The position numbers and the translations under genes were made by a program. From positions 17,595,807-17,659,806 of the forward strand of contig NC_134031.1 in the NCBI RefSeq assembly GCF_964204645.1: a stretch of 64,000 nt of DNA, written 5' to 3'. Source of the DNA: Tubulanus polymorphus. Taxonomy: Eukaryota > Animalia > Nemertea. Positions 11,766 through 22,159 of the stretch are shown here, piece after piece. Under the pieces are notes generated by a model that had not been told where the DNA came from, made no database searches, and saw nothing but the letters and a program-made list of their open reading frames with translations. Each line of letters opens with the position of its first letter. Positions within the stretch are counted from its first letter, which is position 1.

Positions 11766-13969
11766 GGTACATTGTCGGTTGAATGGTAGATATTCTTTGT
11801 CTTGAACAACACCATATTTCAGAAAATGTGTCGCACCCTTTTATTGTATTCTAATAACCTATATAGGATTAATTAGAATAAAACGCCTTTACTGTTAGGC
11901 ATCGCGTCACACGAGACTTTTGGAAAATGCCGTGTTACAATGACATAAACGGTGCCCCAGATTTTTGAATGGGAATGTCCCAATTTGAAGGTGATTATTC
12001 AAGGTATCCACAAACGAGTAACTTTGAATGATATGAAAAAGCACCGTGGCTGCAATTGAAACGCGGCTTAATTCAATTGAACAACAATTATCTACGTAAT
12101 AATTACTGCTGAAACTACTGCTTCTTTTTGAAAACACTGTCAGCAGCAACTCTCTGTTTTTCTGTAGACGACTTAGAAAATATTCGAGTGTCGAGTCACG
12201 TTTTACTCACAATCATTGTTGCTTCCTATTTAGCTGCAGATTCGAAGACAAACCTTCTTTTCATTTTTTGAAGAGCATGGAACTGATTACGTAGAATAGA
12301 GAAGCAATCGCTTTTATAGATTTTCTGATACAATTAATTTTCGTTCAGCAGTACGCGACATAGATATTCCTATTTGAAGAAAGATATTCTTAATAATTAG
12401 TTATCCTAGTGTTATCAAAAACAAGGGGACACATTTTCTGAAATAAACTGTTATATTCTTAGGTTGAACAATGATGACATGGATTGACAAAGACAGAGTA
12501 TTTTTCATATATCTAGCAACATTTTACAAAATAGGATCCTTTCTGGGGTTTTTTAAGAACTCCATTTTATGTGAATATGTATCTCTTCACATATAATTAA
12601 ATATAACAATCTCACCAGAAATGGTAGACTCTTTCTCTTAGTGACAATCTACATATTTTGTCATTTTTCACGATCATATCAGGTTACGAATAAGCGGTAT
12701 ATTTTTAACGTAATAGGTGAATTATTTCTGAATATCTTTGTGCATTAATAAATGCATTATTTCTGATTTTATTGAGTACACAGATTTTGAACCAATTCAG
12801 TGTAAAATTTGACTTGATTCATGTGATCATGTGTGTGACCGCATGTCTGATTAGTCAAAATGAAATGATTTATGTGGAACCAATGACGTTGTAAAGGAAA
12901 GAATCTGTATACAATATTGTATATCAGTGCTGCTACTGCTACTACTACTGGTTTTATTGGCAACTTTGATGGATTCAATATATCAACTAATATAATGTAT
13001 TGCTGTTTGTCTCTAAAAGATTTTTTTCTTGTCACTTATTCCCAGTCGGTACTGACGGATGCCGGCGAGAAGAAAATGAGAAAAAAATAAAAAAAGCAAA
13101 AAATAGAAAAAAAAATGTAAGCCATATCGAACCTGTGAACTTAAGAACTCAACAGCATATGCTGATATAAAGAGTGGGGTCCGAGAGCAATTCGAAGGTT
13201 TAGTGTCCTGCTGGCTTAGCGAGCGGGCAGGGGTCTATTCCTACCTCGACTCAAAAACATAAAGCACTAAATAACAGAAAAACTCTGTGTGCTAAAACGT
13301 TCACAAAAAAATGAAAAAAAAGAGTGAAAAAGAAAGATGGCAAATAATGAAATATGGCCGGAGTTTTATTTGTCCCGCTGGGTTTAAGTGTTAACCAGAA
13401 ACTCAATCAAACAGTTTCCTATGACGTATACATTTTATACGAGTTCTATGATTTTTATCAGGAGTTTATAATCAATTATCAAGACATTGAATAGGATTCC
13501 ATAAAACAACGTGCTCTGATATAAAGCCTCTAGTAGAAAGTATGGAGATGTATAATCTGACTATCAACTGTCATTGGTCCACAATGGTTTCATAACGAGA
13601 TGAATTCGTGAAGCAACATGAAAAGCTTTATTTGTTTTGATCTATAGCTAAATCAGTCATCATTCTTGTCCTTGGTTTGTGCCTGGACTAGAGTCCTCGG
13701 TTTGTGCATAGTTCTATGGTTTGAGTTTGCCCTTCTCATTGTTAGTTGTATAGGTTTAGTCCGGGTTTACCTCATTGAAACAAGCCGTGAAACGGTATAC
13801 GACAATTTGAATGCCTCTATAATGGTAAAGAAAGTATTTCTGAGTCTCATCAATGATGCAATTGATTAAGAATTTCGATTGGTTTATGAAATTGATATGA
13901 TCGTGGAAAATGGCAATCGCATTTTATTTATTGTAGAGTTGTCATAGGAAGTGACAGAGGGTTGACATT

Positions 13970-14312
13970 GGGGAGGGCACTACGGGAGGTTAGGAGGGAT
14001 GGCATCGAGGGAGGGTGGGGAAGTGAGGGAGGGGATGGGCTGTGAGGGGGAGGGAAGGGGCGAGGGCGGGCGGGAGTGAGGGAAGGGGCGAGGGCGGGTG
14101 GAAGGGAAGGGGTGAGGGCGGGCGGGAGGGAAGGGGCGAGGGAGGGTGGGAGGGAAGGGGTGAGGGAGGGTGGGAGGGAAGGGGCGAGGGCGGGTGGGAA
14201 GGGGCGAGGGAGGGTGGGAGGGAAGGGGCGAGGGCGGGCGGGAAGGGGCGAGGGAGGGCGGGAGGGAAGGGGTGAGGGAGGGAGGGAGGGAAGGGGCGAG
14301 GGAGGGTCGGGA
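13970..14312 (+). repeat. G-rich minisatellite / G-quadruplex-forming tract
   Basis: ~24-bp unit GGGAAGGGGCGAGGG(A/C)GGGTGGGA repeated about 10 times. Same unit and strand as 11425-11765. Confidence 0.85.
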
Positions 14313-14562
14313 GGTTAGATAGGTTGAAATGTTCTGATGTTTTAGTTAGACGGATGGGAATCTAGTGAAGTTGAGAGAACATTAAATCACTGTTCATCAC
14401 AGGATGAAGTAATGCAGTGATCCGTTCTCTGTATACACAATGTAACATGTATTTGTAACTGAAATCAGTACAGCAGTCAAATTTATAGAAATCCTGTACT
14501 GATAGAGAATTTAGAGAGATGTTGCTCTATTGTCGCTGATTATTGTTTCTTTTTCTTTTCAG

Positions 14563-14634
14563 TAGCAGCAGCAGCAGTAGCAGGAGAAGCAGCAGCAGCA
14601 GCAGTGGAAGCGGCAGCAGCAGCAGCAGCAGCAG
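14563..14634 (+). repeat. (GCA)n trinucleotide tract forming an exon-like block
   Basis: Interrupted GCA repeats between a polypyrimidine-AG and a GTAAAA donor. Reads as poly-Ala or poly-Ser. Confidence 0.7.
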
Positions 14635-17071
14635 GTAAAACCCGTTTGTGGAACATCATCAGAATTCGTTTTTAGAACCATTCAATTTTTGCTTATAATT
14701 TCAGGAATCAATAACTCTGAAGAGATCACAGCATCTGTAACTTTGACTAGAGTGATCAGAAGAGGTGAGTTCTCTAACATTTACGTCCTGGTCAGAGTTA
14801 TCAATGTCCTTATAATACATATTTTCAGTGGACAGAGCTATGGCGAATTTGAAGAATTCTGCAGTCAACAGATGAGATTTGCCTTGTCCGCCACAGGCTC
14901 TATGGTGAATTTTTTCATCCCTCAAATTGCTCAAATTTCATGATTACCTCAAAATATACTACTCTATACAATATTGCTATATTTCTCGTTCGAATGTTTT
15001 GCAGGAAGTGTCGTTGGCGCATCCCTTATCAAACTACTAGTTTAAAGATTAAGGTAATAAAGATAGTAATTTTCAGATTGTAGCATGCAGACACGTACAC
15101 GCGATGTTTCTGTATTTCAATAATCAATTTTCTCTTTACAGAATCAAATTCCACCCAGCACCAGAATTTACAGCTCAAAACACTCGGTTCAAAGTTCACC
15201 AAACATTTTCAAATGATGACCATCAATTTGGATTCCTGTACATTTCAAAACAAATACCGGTAAATATCTCTCCAGATTCTAGTTTCTATACTTGCTGTTT
15301 GGCTGTAAATGTATCATTGATAACAGGTTTTTTGCCAGTATCACACAGTGAATGAATTACTTGTCTTCAGTATCTGATGAGCTCAGAAGTCGCCCAGAAG
15401 TCGATCAGAAGTCTGAAGAGAACGGTTTGAAAGTTGATCAAAGATCGAGTAATGCCAATGCTTGCTTTCTGAACGCTGTTACGGTAAGTATCAACTCTGT
15501 TTATATACTTTTTGGAGATACTTCAGAAACATATAAAGTTTTCCTATTTACATTTAGGTTTCCTCGAGGAAGTACATTTGTATACTAAGAAGAAATCGAA
15601 TTGTGGTACAATCATCAACTACAACTGCGGAATAGTGAGTCAGTCAATACGTCACCGAAATATAGGTTTTAATGATAGTTTATTTCAGTTTGCAGGCACA
15701 AATTTTCTCTTTTCTAGGATGACTAGGATGAACTAAACGAAGTTAGTTTTGGTAACTAATATGCCATCTGACAGGAACAGGATGCAATAACGCCATCTGA
15801 TATAAAGAGGGAGCAATACACCATATACCCGGAGATTGATGTGCTGCCATTTATTTACAGATATGTCAGATATTTAGCACGATCTTCACTAATGATATCA
15901 TGGAGAGTCAGCGAACATACGTGGTGAACATTTAATATTTGAACGTATTTTCTCGAACAATTTTAACATTTGAAACTTAGGAGAACTGAGCATGTGCTTA
16001 CAGGATCTAATGGTCCTCTTGTAGGTTTTAAACCAAATGAATATTGTTTAATTGTGCCGGCCTGCATGGGCATATCTTGTCAATGGCTTAAATGAATTTA
16101 TCCCATGATTCGTTTCACAAAGCCGTAACTTCATTTTTGCTGGTAGAAGTAGAGTTTGGCCTCAATGATTCAGACGGTATATACACATTTAGATCATTGA
16201 ACTCAGAATTTTTTTTGCCAAGACTAAGAACACCAATATAAACAAAATAAATGAATAGATAACTAGAACGGCCTTCGCACAAAATAACTAAACCTCATGC
16301 AACCTAAGCACCTGCTCTCTCTAGACTTTCTCACCAAACTTGTTCTTCCCTCTATATTTTTCGATGTTCTAGTTATTTATTCACACCTCATGTAATTCTT
16401 GAGGTCGTGTCTTAATTTCTATATAGTGGGTATCTTATTTTCATTCCTACTGAACATTGAAATTGAAGATTAATGACGGGCTTTCTGAAATGGATCAAGG
16501 GCATGAGATATCTTACGCACTCCATGTAACCGCATTTGTTATCGTTTTGTCTGGGTTTATGTATATGTATGTATAATATTGTAAGGGACGTGATCTTGTA
16601 TGGACTGTTGGTTTTATTTGAAATAAAGATGAATTTTTTTGTGTTGTTCTAATTGTAATTAAAGACGCTAGCAGTTTCATAGACTCAGTTCGTCTACATA
16701 AATCCCATCCCACAGGTTCAGTTTCATAATATCAGTTTCATAATGATTGACTCAGAAAACGAAAGCCTTAAGAAACTGAGCCAGTTTCCTGAGTCCAGTT
16801 TCATAAAACAATTATTTGTGAAACTCCTGGGATGAAACACTCTTTTCCCGTTATATGAAACTGCAGGCGTCTCGTTTAATTGAAATCCTCGCATCATGAA
16901 CTAAATCCTACTCCTTCTCACAGCTCGAACATGCGAGGGGCGTTGCGCAAAGGTTGGTTAGAGTTAATCAATGGATAGTTGACATAGTATTTATCTGTAA
17001 GCAACTTGTCCCTGGTATGCGAGGTTTTTTATTGATTCTTACCACATGCGAGGGTTTCAATTAATCTTGCG

Positions 17072-17165
17072 CCGGCATGCGAGGGTTAATTGATTCTGAC
17101 CCCGGTATGCAAGGGTTAATTGATTCTGACCCCGGTATGCAAGGGTTAATTGATTCTGACCGCGA
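17072..17165. repeat. 30-bp tandem repeat (about 3 copies)
   Basis: cccggtatgcaagggttaattgattctgac repeated. Confidence 0.8.
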
Positions 17166-17301
17166 CCCGGAAGTCAAATTGTTAAGGCCTTTTTTAGTGA
17201 ACACGATTATGCAGAACTTTTTTATGAGCATGGATTATGTCATAATCCGTCATTTTTGTGAACATTGGTTATCATAATCGATTAGCATACCCAGCATACT
17301 C

Positions 17302-17696
17302 GCTCGGCGAGCAAGTATGCCGATTATCTAATCCAACCGATATGGTGTTCTCGGTAGAAGTCGCTGCTGACTGGGCCATAATTGAATAATTTCTACCTGG
17401 CGTTTTTATCAACCAACATACCCGGTTATGCTAATTGACACTAATCGGCTATATAATCTAAATAGCTAATCTATTTCGATTTTGCTGGTTCATAAAAAGG
17501 CCTTTGCTCGGCGAGCAAGTATGCCGATTCTCTAATCCAAATGATGGTGTTCACGGTAGTGGCTGCTGAGTGATAATTGGATAATTTCTACCTGGCGTTT
17601 TTATCAACCAACATAGCCGGTTATGATAATTGATACTAATCGGCTATATAATCTAAATAGCTAATCTATTCTGATTATGCTGGTTCATAAAAAGGC
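17302..17696. repeat. ~200-bp tandem direct duplication
   Basis: gctcggcgagcaagtatgccgatt...ggttcataaaaaggc occurs at 17302-17501 and 17506-17696. Confidence 0.85.
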
Positions 17697-18368
17697 TTTT
17701 AGTTTTAAGGAATTTGAGGCTGCAGCGCGCGGCGTTGGTGAAAGAAGAAAGAAAGAAGGAAACCTTCGGACTTCATCTTTCTCGACATATTAGTGTGGTA
17801 TTCTGTTTATATCGTCACAGCACCGGCCATAGAACTCAAAGCACGGACGTAGTGTTTCAGCAATTCATAGAACTCCATATCCGAAACAAGAATTTCAATA
17901 ACCCTAATAATCATGATGATCAATCATCCGTACTGTACGGTGGCGCACCCAAATCCATTGATAACCGCCATGTTGAATTTGTGTTCTGGTACACCAGTAC
18001 ATAACCGTACGACCTTGAAATTTTCTAACCGAAAATGATTGCGCTAATTACCAATCTCGCACATTGTACTTATATGACGTCAACCTGATTTTTCCCCATT
18101 TTTGCACTCCAATTTTGGCAATTTATCGGCAGTTTGGTCGAATGGCATTATTCAGTACGACGATTAACAATTGGGGCTGGTTATAATAGGTATGTTCTCT
18201 CGATCTATTTTAACTAGTAGACCAAGTGATATGATTTTTTATCACTTCGTCTTCGGGTCTTCAATTCATCAAAAGTTTCCAAAACAAAAACGTTTAATTC
18301 ACTTAATTCATACTCATTAAGACTACGATTTTCATACTTTTTGACAGGAAGTAAATAAGGGTTGGAAA

Positions 18369-21321
18369 ATGTCGTCGAAAAAACTAGTTTGCATCGTTGG
18401 AGCTGGAGCGAGCGGTTTACCGGCTATAAAATCGTGTCTGGAGAACGGACTGGAGCCGGAGTGTTTCGAACGGACTGACGACATCGGCGGCTTGTGGAAT
18501 TTCCGCGAACAGCAAACCGAAGATGTCGGTTGCGTCATGCGATCGACGGTGATTAACACGAGCAAGGAGATAATGAGCTACAGCGATTTTCCGATTCCGC
18601 CAGAATATCCGAACTTTATGCCGCATCGTTACGTTTTACAATATTTCCGTTTATACGCGAACCATTTCGGACTCGGCAAATACATCAAGTTCAACATGGA
18701 CGTAAAGTTCATCGACAAATGCGAAGATTTTGCCACGACCGGAAAATGGAAGGTGACGATTCTGGATCGAAAAACTGGGAAAGAAACTCTGAGAATTTTT
18801 GACGCTGTTATGTTATGTACAGGTCAGGGTCTAGTTGATTAAAGTTGGTTTAGGCAAATCAATAAAGACCTGGACCCAGTTCCACATTCTGTGTTGAGAT
18901 TTGACTGGAGAGTTAACTAATTGAAAATGAACTAATTTTAACTCAAATTTAACCCTCACTCACAACTGTGGTCCAGGATCCAGTCCCATAGTCATGAGTA
19001 AGAGGTTAATTCTGAGTTGAAATTAGTTAATTTGCAGTGAGTTAACTCAGTCAAATCTTAACTCGCAACTGTGGAAATGGGTCCTGGGGACCAGTTGCTG
19101 ATAAGTTGGTTAGAGTTAACCAGTGGATAGTTGACATAGTGACTATAAAAAGTTCATTGTTACTATGGTACTACATTTCTGCTGGTTATCTTTAACCAAC
19201 TTTTGAGCATCTTGCCCCTGGTAACAAATTCAGTTACAGAAAAGCTAGATAGGAATTTTGCAATTAATGTATCCAATACTCTCTTTCACAGGTCACCACG
19301 CGAAGCCCTACTGGGGTAAATTCCCCGGAGAAGACAAATTCCGAGGTCAACGACTACACAGCCACAGTTATCGCGGTTCACTGACGGAGTTTGAAAATAA
19401 GAAAGTCGTTATCATTGGTATTGGAAATTCGGCTTTGGACGCGGCTGTAGATATATCTAGAGTCTCGAAACAGGTAACCGTTGATGTTGACAACATTTTT
19501 TGGATAGTTTAGCCCTTCATGCTACTCTAACGTGTTCGTTCCACTGTGGAAATTCAATGCTGCCCCCAGTTGATACTTATCTTGTAGTTGCCTATAGAAC
19601 AAAGTCATATTACATTGAAATTTAAAATTGACCAATGAGCATTGATAATGAAGCAGCTTGTTCGCGTTGGCAACCTTTCAGAAACTGTGTTATTCCTGTG
19701 AGCCAGAGAGTGAATAAGAAGGATCATCACGAGATAACTCGTAGTGGCAATTATTGCAGTATTGTAAGCACAAGAAACAGTAACACCTCCCTAAGTGAAC
19801 AACACCTCTCTAAAGTGATATCTCCTTGGAAATCTTTTTTCTCGGCAATTTTGTAGATAGCATTTACAATGCAGTTAACACCTCTCCACATTTCGCATTT
19901 TTACATTTTCTCGTAAAATATTATTGTAGGTGTATTTGAGTACGAGGCGTGGAGCGTGGATCTTCAATCGAATTCACGACAACGGAATCCCGATCGATAT
20001 ATCGGCGTTACGGCGCGTTGTGGAAACGATTAAATCCCACCTGCCGGCGTCGGTAATCGATTGGCTGTTCGAACGAGAGGTAAATCGGCGATTCGACCAC
20101 GAGATGTACAGATTGAAACCGAGTCATCGACCGACCGAGCAGCATCCGTCCGTCAACGACGATGTCGCCAATCGCATCATCTGCGGCGCGGTTCAGATCC
20201 GACCGAACGTCGAGGAATTCACGGAGACCGGCGTGAAATTCGACGACGGATCGCGGGTCGACGATATCGACGCCGTCATTTACGCAACCGGTTACGCGTT
20301 CGGTTTTCCGTATTTAACGAAATCCGTACTCGACGTGAAAGAAAATAAAGTCGACTTGTTTATGAATACGTTTCCACCGGATCTGGAACAGTCGACTTTA
20401 GCCGTGATCGGGTGTTTTCAGCCACTCGGATCAGTAATGCCAGGATCGGAATTACAGTGTCGATGGGCCACGCATGTGTTCAAGGTAAGGAAGAGTCTAC
20501 TTATCCTGAATTACCAGGCAATTTTACGGATACCCTTTACAAATGATAATTCATACCAAAATGGTTTAACACGTTCACGTTCAGTGATGACGATTTCCCG
20601 GGGATTCTGTTAGTCGAGGTTGTTTGGTATATTTCAGGGAGAAAAGAAACTACCGAGTAAAACAGAAATGTGGAATGACGTTAACCAGTACCACGAATCA
20701 ATGTCGAAGAAATACGTGAAGTCGCCTCGTCACACGATACAAGTCGATTGGATACCATTTCTCGACGGTCTCGCCGAACAAATCGGATGTAAACCTGACA
20801 TCCGTAAGTTTTTCTAAATTCGCTAGAACATTTATTTCAATATTAAATAATCAGGGGCCAGTTGCTTAGAGTTAACCAGTGGATTGTTGACACAGTGACA
20901 ATTAAAATGTCTTCATTACTATGATATTTATTCACCGGTTATCTTTAACCAACTTTTTGAGCAATTGGCCCCTGAATACCTCATTAGCTTTATTCCTATC
21001 ATCAAAAATACATCCTCTTTATACGTATTTTGCTGTCATGTATACTTTGTAGGTGGTATGTTGTTCAGTGATCCGAAATTCGCAATGAAGTTATATTTTG
21101 GTCCATGTACGCCGTATCAGTATCGACTGCAGGGCCCGCATTCATGGCCGCCAGCTCGACGGACTATCGAAACTGTGTGGGATCGAGTCCTGTACCCATT
21201 GAAAACAAGACCGATACCGAAGAGCGACAAACCGTCAAAAAGCTACGTTAAAATACTGCTTCTCTACATTATTCCGCTAATGTTGATCATATATGTTTTA
21301 CGAATTCTGTTTAAAATCTAA
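18369..21321 (+). CDS. Class B flavin-containing monooxygenase (FMO5-like); exons 18369-18822, 19292-19473, 19930-20484, 20638-20803 and 21053-21321
   Basis: FAD motif IVGAGASG, GGLW, FMO fingerprint FRGQRLHSHSY, NADPH motif IGIGNSA, YATGY and a C-terminal TM anchor. Splice phases are consistent. Vertebrate FMO1-5 paralogue assignment cannot be made by eye. Confidence 0.92.
18869..19086. mobile_element. Two tandem ~110-bp hairpin MITEs (CCAGTTCCACAGTT family)
   Basis: ccagttccaca...actgtgg arms. The same family occurs at 39921-40036 and has relatives at ~36114-36345 and ~41805-41875. Confidence 0.7.
19086..19218. mobile_element. ~130-bp hairpin MITE (GGGGCCAGTTGCTCAAAAGTTGGTT family)
   Basis: Dispersed copies at ~16936-17015 (partial), 20852-20974 and ~25723-25855. 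Confidence 0.7.
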
Positions 21322-22159
21322 TTCGCGGCATGCCTTCCTCTCTTGTTGGGGATTTGATCGAGATGACATTGAAACAACCCGACCAGGGTTTCATATACAT
21401 TTTTCTTTTCTCAGGATGATTAAAAACTCCGAATAAAAATATTCACGAAATGAATACCGGTAATTGAATTAGTAATAATGCAATATGATTATTTATGCGA
21501 GTTGATATATAAATATAGCTAGAATTTACAAAGGTGCTTCCAAATATGACACAAGTATACTATAAGAATTTCTATATTTTTTAATTTTTAATCAATTATA
21601 AAATTGTTATGATTCCACTTGCAAAATGGAAAATAAATTATATTCACACAATTTGAAATCGTTGAATTGAATAATTATTTGAAAGACTGGTGATACTACC
21701 TGGATAAATACAATCATTTACCGAAAAGGAAAATAATATACAAAACACTTTTTAAGAGGTTATTTTTATGCATAGTAAATTCCTATCAACATTTGTTCCC
21801 TCTCCAATATATACTTTTATATTTTTAAGCGTTACATGAGTCTTGTATGTAATACTAGTTGACAGGCTACAATGTTACAAGGTTAATTTTCAGCTTTTAA
21901 GAAACCTGTTCCATTGGAAAGACAATCGCTGGTTTTGAACTAGATTCAAACAAGCCAATATGATTAATAAAGCATTTACGATGTGCATAGCAATCAACAT
22001 TCAATACCTCTGAGGCTGAATTCCAATACGAACTCTCACCAAGAAATGACTAGGATTTCTGAAAAACAAAATACAACACAATTGATACCGATAAGTGTAA
22101 AATTGTTGCCGTTTAACAAAAAACCTAACCTAACCTGTACAGTTTTAAGCACTGACGTC

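Larger units (their letters stand above)
11235..14495. repeat. Long inverted repeat pair (11235-11424 and 14313-14495) enclosing two G-rich tracts
   Basis: ~185-bp arms are reverse complements, e.g. cttcactagattcccatccgtc / gacggatgggaatctagtgaag. Confidence 0.85.
9963..15740 (+). other. Possible multi-exon spliced transcript (lncRNA or decayed gene)
   Basis: AAAATGGCG start region, then a regular series of canonical donors and acceptors: 10063 GTAAGT, 10470 GTAAGT, and exon-like blocks 14563-14634, 14705-14764, 14829-~14904, 15005-15053, 15141-15259, 15371-15483 and 15558-15633. No long spliced ORF could be built. Confidence 0.35.

Noticed and set aside
11432-14318. Gly/Arg/Glu-rich ORFs at 11432, 14042 and 14076
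   Set aside because: They are translation artefacts of G-rich tandem repeats and use non-ATG starts.
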